IMG/VR virus record: IMGVR_UViG_3300020471_000006
Location: 96,001-160,000 of that record
Length of the DNA: 64,000 bases
Direction: 5' to 3' (one strand)
Source: a virus
Taxonomy: Duplodnaviria; Caudoviricetes
Shown: in pieces, positions 54,914 to 64,000 of the stretch
Numbering within the stretch: the stretch's first letter is position 1
Layout: each line of letters begins with the position of its first letter
The notes under the pieces: model-generated
Seen by the model: only the letters and a program-made list of their open reading frames with translations
What the model was told of the DNA's origin: nothing
Databases searched by the model: none
Program-made: the position numbers and the translations under genes

Positions 54914-56044
54914 ATGGCTACTTATGGTGCTCTAGCAGCTATAGTCCCACCAGTCAAGACTAGGACAGTTCTTCATGAGGCTCCAGCAGCAAAGCTGGTA
55001 GAGGCAAAAATTTCAATATCTCACCAAAGTCCATACCCAGTAAGAGTAAGGATCGGAGTTTCAAGTGGTGCGTTGTTGGCTTTCGCTCCATCGAACTACA
55101 TCCTATATGACATGGAGATTCAGTCTGGAGAGACTTATGAAACTCAAACTATGTACTATGCCAATGGGCAAAGTCTGATTGTATATAGTGATTACGAAAC
55201 TACCTCTTTCTTGGTACATGGAGAAGTTGTTGATAACCCAGTTGGTTCTGGATTCTTAAATTCTGCTCTTGTAACTACTGCTAGAACTAATACTAGTATC
55301 TACACAGTACCTACTGGTGAAGACGTAGAACTTTCGATCTTCGTTTCTAACCAGAGTCACACTCCTTCTAGATTCAGAATAGGAATCTTAGAGGATGGAC
55401 AAACAGAATTACAGACTTCAAACTACTTAAATTATAACACGAAACTATTTCCTAGAACATTCTATCAGAGAACTGACATTAAAGCAACAGGAGATCAACA
55501 GATTATTGTGTGGGCTGAGGATGCCAACATAATGAGTTTTGCTGTATATGGTAAGTTTAAGTATAACATTATTGCAACTGACTTCAGTGTTAATGGGAAC
55601 TTTACTGTTGTTGGAGACTCTGATTTACAACAAAATGTTGGTGTTGGTGGAACTCTTGACGTTACAGGAGCTGCAACTTTTCTTGATGCTGTCACTGTAG
55701 ACGGTGAACTAGGAGCCAAAAGTGGTATCAAAGGTGGTGCTGATTTAACTACTCCTACCTTTAGTGTTTCTGCTGCTGGTGCTATTGCTGGTGCTAGTGC
55801 TTCTGTTACATCTGCTCTTGCTTGTGGTACTACCTTCGGGGTTGGTGGTACTAAGTTCACAGTAGATGCAGATGGTAACACAGTTGTAGATGGAACCTTA
55901 GATGTACACAGTGGTGTTACTGCTGATCTAAGTCTTCTAAATAATAAAATAACGAATCTAGGTAGAGCTACTGCGCCAGGGGATGCAATGTCCAAGACTG
56001 CTGTAGACTCCCAAGTAACTGCATTAGCAATTGCACTTTCATAA
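54914..56044 (+). CDS. Virion structural protein with two 41415-type domains and a short-repeat stalk
   Basis: Two modules like SIYTVP...IFVSNQS...RIGI...YLNYN; then repetitive V.G.L.V.G; C-terminal ITNLG......DA. Confidence 0.7.
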   Translation: MATYGALAAIVPPVKTRTVLHEAPAAKLVEAKISISHQSPYPVRVRIGVSSGALLAFAPSNYILYDMEIQSGETYETQTMYYANGQSLIVYSDYETTSFLVHGEVVDNPVGSGFLNSALVTTARTNTSIYTVPTGEDVELSIFVSNQSHTPSRFRIGILEDGQTELQTSNYLNYNTKLFPRTFYQRTDIKATGDQQIIVWAEDANIMSFAVYGKFKYNIIATDFSVNGNFTVVGDSDLQQNVGVGGTLDVTGAATFLDAVTVDGELGAKSGIKGGADLTTPTFSVSAAGAIAGASASVTSALACGTTFGVGGTKFTVDADGNTVVDGTLDVHSGVTADLSLLNNKITNLGRATAPGDAMSKTAVDSQVTALAIALS

Positions 56045-56067
56045 AAAAGATCGAGGGAAATTAAAAA

Positions 56068-59000
56068 ATGGCTAAAAGGCAAATAAGAGACTACGTTTTC
56101 TCACCTGGTCTTTCTGGTGCTGGAACATTGAAGGTTTTGGATAAAGTCAGTCCTGACCAGATTCTGCTGATCACAAACGTTACAGCAAACGTTGTACTTT
56201 ATAACTTTGCTGATAACTCTCAACAGATAGCAGCAGCGTTCACGGAAACATCTGATGGATCTGATCCAGACTTCCCTTTCGCTAGTACGTTATCAAACGG
56301 TGTAACTACCATTACATTCCTGTTTGATACTTCAACATATTCTAATACTGATAACTTAATCATCTTTATTGAAGGTGATGAAGTTAAGATGAGACCATAC
56401 GACTTCGGTACAGACGCTATTGAACGTATGCGTTTTGCTGAGCCTCTTAGTATGCTTGATGCTGACTTTGAGTATGGTATTCAGCCAACTAAATGGCAGA
56501 CAATTGACCTAGTACGTGGATATCCATCTTCCTTCGAGTTTCCAGGTGCTGATGTTGCTGTTAGTTCAATTACAACCGATGCTTCTACAAACAGTGGTGG
56601 TATAGGTCCATCTCTTATTACAGTAGATACTGAATTGGAACATGGATTCTCTGTTGGTGATCCTGTTACACTTAAGGGTGTTAATGATGGTGTAGAGGGA
56701 TTCGCTAAGGCAGAAGGTTCATTCATTATTAGTGATGTTCCAAGTACATCTCAGTTTACTTTCTATGCAAAGGGTAAGGTAGGTCTATCACCTGCTACTA
56801 GTCTATTATCTGGATTTGTTCAGTTAAGGAAAGCAGGTTTCTATACTGGTGCTTCATTAGGAAGCCCTACTCTAGCAGTAGAATCTAATGGTGCTTCTGG
56901 TCAAATATCAACTAGAGGTAATACTGCTGCTGGTGAAAATAGAATTGGTATCAATGCTCCAGGATCACCTCCTCCAATTGGTGCTCCTCTTTCTGCAGCT
57001 GGATTACAAGCTGGTACACAGATAACTGGTTATGTGGGTTCTGATACCGCTATTAATATTACAACATCATTCACAGCACCTGTTTCTACAATCGTTCTTA
57101 ACGATACAACAGGAATTGATATTGGTGCTGCTCTAGATAACGGTTCTGGAACTACAATTTTTGTTACAAACATCGAAACAAATACTATATCTCTATCTGC
57201 ACCATATACAGCAGACAGAACTGGTAACAGTTTCATCTCTACACCAACATCACCAACTACACTTAACTTTGGTAATGGTACTGGAGCATCATTTGATATA
57301 CAAAGAACTTCTGGTGCATACACTGGTGTTGATATTAAACAGACAGTAATGTATGATAATGTTCCAGTAGATACGTATAGTGGACAAGGAACCAATGCTA
57401 CCTTTAACGTTGAAAGGGATGGTACTGCTGGTTCAGCATCTTATGCGAATGTGTTTGTATCTAACAGTGGTAGTACATACTCTGCTACAGAAACAATTGT
57501 TATCTTAGGTACTAACTTAGGTGGTGCTACACCAACTAACGACTTGACTATTACAATTGATTCTGTTGATGTTAACGGTCAAATTCAAAGTATTACTCCT
57601 AGTGGTACAGCAGCAGAAGGAACTCCTTACGCTGGAACTGGATATGCTGTTGGGGAACAAATTGTTATCTATGGTAATGTTCTTGGTGGACAGTCACCAG
57701 CTCATGACTTAAACATCTTCATTAAAACAGTTGGTGCTGCTGGTGAAATTCTTACCTTTACTCCTATTGGTCAAGGTATCTTCTCTACTCAGGAATATAA
57801 TAACGTAACTGGTGCTGCTGGATCTGGTGTTGGTATCAACTCATCATTCAGAGTTACTAGAACAGGTTCTGGTAGTAAGATAGCACAGATTGATGATGTC
57901 GAAGTTGGTGGAATAATAGAATTTGAAGATTTCTTCTCAATTCAAATAACTGATACTGCAACAAGTACAGTTGAAACATTTACTTATGATGCTGCTACTA
58001 ATGATGGTATAACAGAAGTAAGGAACGGACTTATTAATGCTATCAATGATCTTTCTACTGGTTCTGCTTTCGTAAGAGCAAGTGCTGGATCTCCTTCTCA
58101 GACTGGTCTTGCAAAAGTACAATTGACTGCTATAGTTGCTGGTCAAGCATACTCTGTAGTTGCAACTACTACTGAAGGTGGAGGTGGTACTGCTGATGAT
58201 CAAACCATTTCTCATGCAAACTTTATTCCCAATGAGAATACAACAACCACACCAACATATAGTGCTGTTATAATCAACCCTGGTTCTAGTTACCAACCTA
58301 ATGATACTGTTATCATTGATGGTGGAGTCTTAGGTGGTGAAACTGCTACTAATGACTTAACTGTTACTGTAACCAGTGTTGGTGCATCTGGTGAGATCAC
58401 TGCATTCAGTATTGGTGGTACAGCAGCAGACGGTAATGCAACATTCGAGTCACTTACTGCAAACAATATAGCATTTAATGCAACATTCCTACCTAAAATT
58501 TCTGGTGGTAACTATGCTCCTGAAATTGCTAATGGTGGTAGTGGATATCAAATTGGTTATCAATTCTTAATCGGTGGTCAAGAACTTGGTGGTGATCCAA
58601 CCATTAACGATATGACTATCACTGTCACAGACATTGATTATCTAACTGGAGAGATTACTGCTATCACTGCATCTGGTACTCCAGTATCAGGAGAGAGTAT
58701 TGCATTCTATCCATCTGTTTCTTTATCTGCTACAACTAGTGGTATTATTAATAATGGTACTAATATAACTTACTCTGCTATTGCAAGAATAAGTGCAACA
58801 TTCGCTAACAATCATGGATTGGTTCCAGGAAATACAATCCTTGCTGCTATTGATTCTACTGGTAATAACCATGATCTTGCTTCAGGACCATTCTTTATTG
58901 AAGAAGTTCCTAACTTAAACAAGTTTGTTTATACTACAAGAACTACTGGTACTATTGATACTAATACTGCTCTTACTGGTGAACTCTATACTAGACCAGA

Positions 59001-61128
59001 TTGTTTCTATACACACAGACCATTTGACGGTGGTGTGCAACTAGGAACAGGTTCACCATCACACGGTGCTCAGGCGATTCGTCAATCTAAGAAATATATC
59101 AGATACCAGTCAGGTAAAGGTATTCAGTATACTACTGGTGCTTTGTTCGCTCCTTCATATGACTTAAGATCAGTTAGTGCTGATGGTACTACTCTTGGTA
59201 GTGTTATAACTGTAGTTACTGATGACGTTGATCATGGTCTACAGGTTGGTGCTGAGATTGCTCTTAATGGTATAACAACTGCTGGATATAATGGTCATTA
59301 TATTGTTGCAAGTATCGTTAATGAAATTACATTGACTGTCTTAGCTACAGGAACACTTGCTGATACTAATGCTGAGTTTGGTCAACAACCAAGTATATCT
59401 CTGTATAAGTGGAAAGGTTCTACTGTAAGATCTGGTGCGTTCGATGATCAGAATGGTATCTTCTTCCAGTATGATGGAACAAACTTATCTGTTGGTCTAA
59501 GATCTTCTACATTCCAGATTGCTGGTACTGTAAGTGCTCAACCAGATAACAACCTTATATCAGGAACTAATACTAAGTTCACTGAACAGTTAACTACTGG
59601 TGATAGATTAGTTATTCGTGGAATGAGTCATGTTGTTACTTCTATTATAGACGATACAAATATGACAGTTAACCCTGACTACAGGGGTGCGGTTGGTGCA
59701 GTTAATACAAAGGCTGCATTGACTAAGGATATTATTATTCCACAAGCACAATGGAACATTGACAAATGTGATGGTACTGGTAAGTCAGGATACGAACTTC
59801 AGATCAATACCATGCAGATGATTGGATTCCAGTATACATGGTATGGTGCTGGATTTATTGACTGGATGTTCAGAGGTCCATCAGGTAACTTTGTGTTCGC
59901 ACACAGACTTAAGAACAACAACAGGAACAGAGAAGCATTCATGCGTTCAGGTAACTTACCTGTTAGGTATGAGGTTCTAAACGAAGGACCAAGAACTAAA
60001 TTGACAACCTCTGTTACTGATAGTTTTACTGATTATCTTCCAGTTGAAGATGTAACTCTATTCCCAGAAACAGGTGTTGTATATGTTGGTAACGAATTGA
60101 TTCGTTATTCTTCTAGGAATACAACACTTAACAGATTGGTTGGTCTTACAAGAACAGCAAACTTGAACAACTATACTGCTGGAGCAAACAGAACATACAC
60201 TGCTGGTGTAGCAGATTCTTATACTAAGAACGAGGGTGTTATCCTACTCACCACTACTGCAACACCACAGATTAACCACTGGGGTTCTGCATATCTAACA
60301 GATGGTGGCTTCGATGAAGATAGAGGATACCTCTTCAACTATCAGGAATCTGAGATTGAGATCTCAGTCACACCGTATACGGTCTTCCTAATCCGTCTAT
60401 CACCTAGTGTGTCTAACGCACTGACTGGTGACTTGGGTGAGAGAGAACTAATCAACAGAGCACAGTTGCTACTGAAGAGTGTAGAAATCACTACACAGGG
60501 TGGTAGTTCTTCTCAGGGAGTTATCGTTGAAGGAATTCTAAACCCGATTAACTATCCATCAAACCCTGTTGACATTACTTGGGGTGGTTTGAATACATCT
60601 GGTGAAGGTGGACAACCATCATTTGCTCAGATTGCATCTGGATCTAGTGCTAACTGGAGTGCTGGTGGTGCTAACATTACTGCTGTTAACCGAAATAGTA
60701 GGAACTACTGGGGTAGGTGGGTTCTTTTCAACAAGACTGACGTTCAGGGAGTTCAGGTAGGTATGCAGGCGACTGGTGGACAACTACCTGGTGGTTCTAG
60801 TGTATCAAGAATACAGAATGCTAATAGTACTCAAGTATGGATAATCTTCTCTCAGAGCACAATTCCAGGAAATGCAGGTAGTACAACATATACATTCATT
60901 GTTCCTCCATATGCTCAGCCAGGCGAACGAATCTTCTCCTTCGTGGCATCACCAGGACAAAGGGATGGTATTGACTTGACCGAACTTAAAGAGTTAACTA
61001 ATACTCCTATTGGTGGTCGAGGTACATTCCCTAATGGTCCTGACGTTCTAGCAATCAACGTTTATTGTACATCAGGTAACGCATTCAACAGCACGATCAA
61101 CCTCAGATGGGGTGAAGCACAAGCATAG
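56068..61128 (+). CDS. Large virion structural/fibre protein (1686 aa)
   Basis: SD GAGG; Thr/Gly-rich repeats (GGVLGG.T.TNDLT.TV); lectin-like RQSKKYIRYQSGKG and WYGAG...MRSGNLPVRYE segments; immediately before gp13. Confidence 0.8.
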   Translation: MAKRQIRDYVFSPGLSGAGTLKVLDKVSPDQILLITNVTANVVLYNFADNSQQIAAAFTETSDGSDPDFPFASTLSNGVTTITFLFDTSTYSNTDNLIIFIEGDEVKMRPYDFGTDAIERMRFAEPLSMLDADFEYGIQPTKWQTIDLVRGYPSSFEFPGADVAVSSITTDASTNSGGIGPSLITVDTELEHGFSVGDPVTLKGVNDGVEGFAKAEGSFIISDVPSTSQFTFYAKGKVGLSPATSLLSGFVQLRKAGFYTGASLGSPTLAVESNGASGQISTRGNTAAGENRIGINAPGSPPPIGAPLSAAGLQAGTQITGYVGSDTAINITTSFTAPVSTIVLNDTTGIDIGAALDNGSGTTIFVTNIETNTISLSAPYTADRTGNSFISTPTSPTTLNFGNGTGASFDIQRTSGAYTGVDIKQTVMYDNVPVDTYSGQGTNATFNVERDGTAGSASYANVFVSNSGSTYSATETIVILGTNLGGATPTNDLTITIDSVDVNGQIQSITPSGTAAEGTPYAGTGYAVGEQIVIYGNVLGGQSPAHDLNIFIKTVGAAGEILTFTPIGQGIFSTQEYNNVTGAAGSGVGINSSFRVTRTGSGSKIAQIDDVEVGGIIEFEDFFSIQITDTATSTVETFTYDAATNDGITEVRNGLINAINDLSTGSAFVRASAGSPSQTGLAKVQLTAIVAGQAYSVVATTTEGGGGTADDQTISHANFIPNENTTTTPTYSAVIINPGSSYQPNDTVIIDGGVLGGETATNDLTVTVTSVGASGEITAFSIGGTAADGNATFESLTANNIAFNATFLPKISGGNYAPEIANGGSGYQIGYQFLIGGQELGGDPTINDMTITVTDIDYLTGEITAITASGTPVSGESIAFYPSVSLSATTSGIINNGTNITYSAIARISATFANNHGLVPGNTILAAIDSTGNNHDLASGPFFIEEVPNLNKFVYTTRTTGTIDTNTALTGELYTRPDCFYTHRPFDGGVQLGTGSPSHGAQAIRQSKKYIRYQSGKGIQYTTGALFAPSYDLRSVSADGTTLGSVITVVTDDVDHGLQVGAEIALNGITTAGYNGHYIVASIVNEITLTVLATGTLADTNAEFGQQPSISLYKWKGSTVRSGAFDDQNGIFFQYDGTNLSVGLRSSTFQIAGTVSAQPDNNLISGTNTKFTEQLTTGDRLVIRGMSHVVTSIIDDTNMTVNPDYRGAVGAVNTKAALTKDIIIPQAQWNIDKCDGTGKSGYELQINTMQMIGFQYTWYGAGFIDWMFRGPSGNFVFAHRLKNNNRNREAFMRSGNLPVRYEVLNEGPRTKLTTSVTDSFTDYLPVEDVTLFPETGVVYVGNELIRYSSRNTTLNRLVGLTRTANLNNYTAGANRTYTAGVADSYTKNEGVILLTTTATPQINHWGSAYLTDGGFDEDRGYLFNYQESEIEISVTPYTVFLIRLSPSVSNALTGDLGERELINRAQLLLKSVEITTQGGSSSQGVIVEGILNPINYPSNPVDITWGGLNTSGEGGQPSFAQIASGSSANWSAGGANITAVNRNSRNYWGRWVLFNKTDVQGVQVGMQATGGQLPGGSSVSRIQNANSTQVWIIFSQSTIPGNAGSTTYTFIVPPYAQPGERIFSFVASPGQRDGIDLTELKELTNTPIGGRGTFPNGPDVLAINVYCTSGNAFNSTINLRWGEAQA

Positions 61129-61136
61129 GAGGTCAT

Positions 61137-61946
61137 ATGGCACAACCAGCTAGTAGAACACAATTAGCAGATTACTGCAAAAGACAATTAGGTGCTCCTG
61201 TACTTGAAATCAATGTTGATGATGATCAAGTAAGTGATGCTATCGATGACGCTCTCCAATATTACAGGGAGCGTCATTATGATGGTATGGAGTTGATGTA
61301 CCTAAAACATAAGATCACCGCAGCAGACAAAGCTAGATTTGATCTTAAATCTGAGACTATCATGACAGATGCTGATAGTACTAAGTGGGAACGATCAGAT
61401 AATTATATCAATATCCCTGAGCATGTAATGGGGATATCTAAAGTATTTGGATTAGCAAGTAATGCTATCCGTAACAACCTATTTGGTATCGAGTATCAGA
61501 TCTTCTTGAATGACCTGTATGCTTTTGGTTCTCTTGATATGCTTAACTACTTTATGGTTAAGCAGTGGTTAGAAACTATTGACATGGTTTTAAACAATGG
61601 AGCATTTGTTGAGTATAGGTTTAACCAGAGACAAGATAGATTGTATCTTGACATTGATGAATCAATGCTGACAGAAGAATTGTATCTTGTCATACAATGC
61701 TATAGAGCATTAGAACCAGATACTTTCACACAAGTTTATAATGATCCTTTCGTAAAACAATATTCTACTGCTAAGATAAAGAGGCAGTGGGGTCAGAATC
61801 TAATCAAGTTTCAAGGTGTTAACCTACCAGGTGGTGTTCAACTTAATGGTAGAGAATTGTTCAATGATGCTAACGATGAAATTGCAAGACTAATGGAAAT
61901 GTCTTCAAGCACCTATGAACTACCACCTATGGACATGATAGGATGA
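61137..61946 (+). CDS. gp13: Neck protein gp13
   Basis: RQLGAPVLEINVDDDQ, RERHYDG, QWGQNLIKFQGVNLPGGVQLNG, YELPPMDMIG. Confidence 0.95.
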   Translation: MAQPASRTQLADYCKRQLGAPVLEINVDDDQVSDAIDDALQYYRERHYDGMELMYLKHKITAADKARFDLKSETIMTDADSTKWERSDNYINIPEHVMGISKVFGLASNAIRNNLFGIEYQIFLNDLYAFGSLDMLNYFMVKQWLETIDMVLNNGAFVEYRFNQRQDRLYLDIDESMLTEELYLVIQCYRALEPDTFTQVYNDPFVKQYSTAKIKRQWGQNLIKFQGVNLPGGVQLNGRELFNDANDEIARLMEMSSSTYELPPMDMIG

Positions 61947-62824
61947 AGAGTATATATTTTCCTCAGCATGGTGGTGTTGGTAGTGAGCAGTCACTTATAC
62001 AATCACTTGTTGATGAACAAATAAAACTATTTGGAACTGACTGCTATTATCTTCCACGTAAGATGATCAAGGACACAACCCTTGATGATGTTTTGTATTC
62101 TGAGTTCAAGACTCAGTATATGATTGAGATGTTCCTCATTAATGTAGAGGGATTTGGATCACCATCAGAATTCATTAGTAAGTTTGGTCTCACAATCACA
62201 GACGAGATTAGTTTTGTTGTATCAAAGAATAGATGGAGTCAGGTATTCCAAGAGTTTGCAGATATTACAACTGTAGATGGTAGACCTAATGAAGGAGATT
62301 TGATCTACTATCCATTAACAAAAGCATTATATGAAATTAAGTATGTAGAAAGAGAAGCTCCTTTCTATCAGTTAGGTCAGACATACCTATATCAGATGAC
62401 TGCTGAAATCTATCAGATCGGTGATGATAAGTTTGATACTGGTATTCCAGATGTAGATGTAGTAGAAGAAATATATTCTACTTCTATCTCTATACAAATG
62501 GATACTGGTGGCACAGGAGAATACTCATTAAGTGAAACTGTAACTGGTTCTACATCTGGTGTTACAGGTGAGGTGGCATACTGGGATCGTTCAACCGATA
62601 TACTAACCATCATAAATAGAACAGGAAACTTCCTAACTGGTGAGACTCTTACTGGAGGTACTAGTACCACAGCAAGAGAAATCACTACCATTGACAATTT
62701 GACAATGGGTGATAGGGCAGCAGCAGATAATAGAGAAATCGAAGATGCTGCTGATGATTTAATTGATTGGGGTGAGGTAAACCCATTCGGAGAATTTGGT
62801 AATTTTACAACAGGTGACTTTTAA
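61943..62824 (+). CDS. gp14: Neck protein gp14
   Basis: EQSLIQSLVDEQIKLFG.DCYYLPR, SKFGL, RPNEGDLIY.P, FYQLG, NPFGE. Confidence 0.95.
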   Translation: MKSIYFPQHGGVGSEQSLIQSLVDEQIKLFGTDCYYLPRKMIKDTTLDDVLYSEFKTQYMIEMFLINVEGFGSPSEFISKFGLTITDEISFVVSKNRWSQVFQEFADITTVDGRPNEGDLIYYPLTKALYEIKYVEREAPFYQLGQTYLYQMTAEIYQIGDDKFDTGIPDVDVVEEIYSTSISIQMDTGGTGEYSLSETVTGSTSGVTGEVAYWDRSTDILTIINRTGNFLTGETLTGGTSTTAREITTIDNLTMGDRAAADNREIEDAADDLIDWGEVNPFGEFGNFTTGDF

Positions 62825-63639
62825 TGTTAGGACCACATTTTTATAATGAAGCAATACGGAAAACGGTTATTGGTTTCGGTACGCTTTTTAATAACATAGA
62901 AATCAGAAAGAAGGATAATGCTGGAACTGTCATAGAGTCAGAGAAAGTTCCTTTAGCATACGGTCCTAAAAATAAATTCCTTTACAGGTTAGAACAAAGT
63001 CCAGACGTAACAAAGAAGGTCGCAATTAAACTTCCACGTTTGTATTTTGAATTAACTAATGTAACATATGATAGTACTAGAAAGACTAGTGCAATCAAAA
63101 AGATTAAAGCTGCTATACCTGCTGCTGGTAGTGCAGATAATGCAAAGCAGATACAAACACAATTTGTTCCAGTACCTTATGATATGTCATTTGAACTTGG
63201 TATCATTGCCAAGTCATCTGATGATGCTTTACAAATATTAGAACAGATTCTCCCTTACTTCCAACCATCATTTAACATAAGTCTTAAGTTCATTCCTGAT
63301 ATGAATGAAACAAGAGACGTTGCATGTATTTTGAATGGTGTTGATTATGCAGATGATTGGGATGACAGCTTCCTAGAGAGAAGGAGTATAGTTTGGACTC
63401 TACAGTTTACTGTTAAGTCTTACATCTACGGTCCTTACAGCAAGGCAGATGTCATTCGTAAGGCACGTGTCATTGAAACTGTTGGTGACAAGAACGTCAG
63501 TAAGAGGAATGTTGAGAGATCTTACTCACCTAAGGCTCTAGAAGATAAGAATGCAGATGGAGTTATTGATACAGCAGATGATAATCTGGTAGTTTCCACA
63601 GACGACTTTGGATTCAATGAAGGATTTGAAATACTATGA
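62824..63639 (+). CDS. gp15: Tail sheath stabiliser / tail terminator gp15
   Basis: HFYNEAIRKTVIGFGTLFNNI, VPLAYGPK, PVPY, QILEQILPYFQP, WTLQFTVKSYIYGP. Confidence 0.95.
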   Translation: MLGPHFYNEAIRKTVIGFGTLFNNIEIRKKDNAGTVIESEKVPLAYGPKNKFLYRLEQSPDVTKKVAIKLPRLYFELTNVTYDSTRKTSAIKKIKAAIPAAGSADNAKQIQTQFVPVPYDMSFELGIIAKSSDDALQILEQILPYFQPSFNISLKFIPDMNETRDVACILNGVDYADDWDDSFLERRSIVWTLQFTVKSYIYGPYSKADVIRKARVIETVGDKNVSKRNVERSYSPKALEDKNADGVIDTADDNLVVSTDDFGFNEGFEIL

Positions 63640-64000
63640 GTAAGTTAGATAAAAATATGGAGGAGATGTTAGACATTGATGTCTCTACTACACCCGAAGG
63701 AGGTTGCACTACTAGAAAGGCAAACCTTAAAGATGTCACAGAAGATAGAGAGAAAGACTATGAGTATACTAGAGGTGAACTCTACAGTCTTATTTCTAAG
63801 GGTCAGGAGGCAGTACAAGGTGCTTTAGAGGTTGCACAGGAGTCAGGGCATCCAAGAGCATTTGAAGTTGCTACAAACGCTATGAAGCAGGTAGCAGACA
63901 TGACTGATAAACTTATGGATCTACAGAAGAAAGTTCATGACTTAGATACAGAGAAGAAAGGTCCGAAGACTGTTACAAACAATGCTATGTTTGTAGGTAG
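63636..64000 (+). CDS. gp16: Terminase small subunit gp16 (3'-truncated by the window edge)
   Basis: ATGA-coupled to gp15; DYEYTRGELYSLI.KGQEA...ALEVAQESGHPRAFEV...TNNAMFVG. Confidence 0.92.
   Translation, partial: MSKLDKNMEEMLDIDVSTTPEGGCTTRKANLKDVTEDREKDYEYTRGELYSLISKGQEAVQGALEVAQESGHPRAFEVATNAMKQVADMTDKLMDLQKKVHDLDTEKKGPKTVTNNAMFVG

Noticed and set aside
55495-56082. 195-aa antisense ORF and similar minus-strand ORFs (12081-12587, 24902-25231, 34730-35278, 57030-57395)
   Set aside because: They mirror Gly/Thr/Ala/Val-rich sense genes, lack start signals and have shadow-like composition.
2681-63639. Alternative genetic code or stop-codon reassignment as the cause of the stop-triplet anomaly
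   Set aside because: Genes are intact under code 11 and end in TAA, TAG and TGA; no suppressor tRNA or release factor was seen.
1-64000. tRNA, rRNA, CRISPR arrays, introns, inteins, homing endonucleases, integrases
   Set aside because: No cloverleaf, spaced repeat array, LAGLIDADG/HNH/GIY-YIG or intein motifs were recognised; intergenic gaps are mostly under 100 nt.

Overview
This AT-rich window is the late structural region of a T4-like marine myovirus. Gene order, giant baseplate genes and TATAAATA late promoters fit a cyanophage of the Prochlorococcus/Synechococcus T4-like group, though the host cannot be proven from sequence. Order: small hypothetical genes, a PAAR (gp5.4-like) spike tip, a sigma70-type promoter driving two tiny unannotated ORFs plus a SET-domain gene, then gp25, gp6, gp7, gp8, a DUF4815-type virion protein, tail fibres and chaperones, several large repeat-rich virion proteins, and three Cys/Gly-rich paralogues. 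A late-promoter-driven ADP-heptose / GT9 / carbamoyltransferase / 2OG-Fe(II) oxygenase cluster (45.9-54.9 kb) is followed by more virion genes, gp13, gp14, gp15 and the 5' part of gp16. All supported genes are on the + strand except the heptose epimerase. The most unusual signal lies inside the 1817-aa virion gene: 2197 nt (33415-35611) contain no TAA, TAG or TGA in any + strand frame, and only three such triplets occur in 33415-36205, apparently maintained by synonymous codon choice. No tRNA, rRNA, CRISPR array, integrase, intron or reverse transcriptase was recognised. All family calls are from motif recognition; no database search was run.
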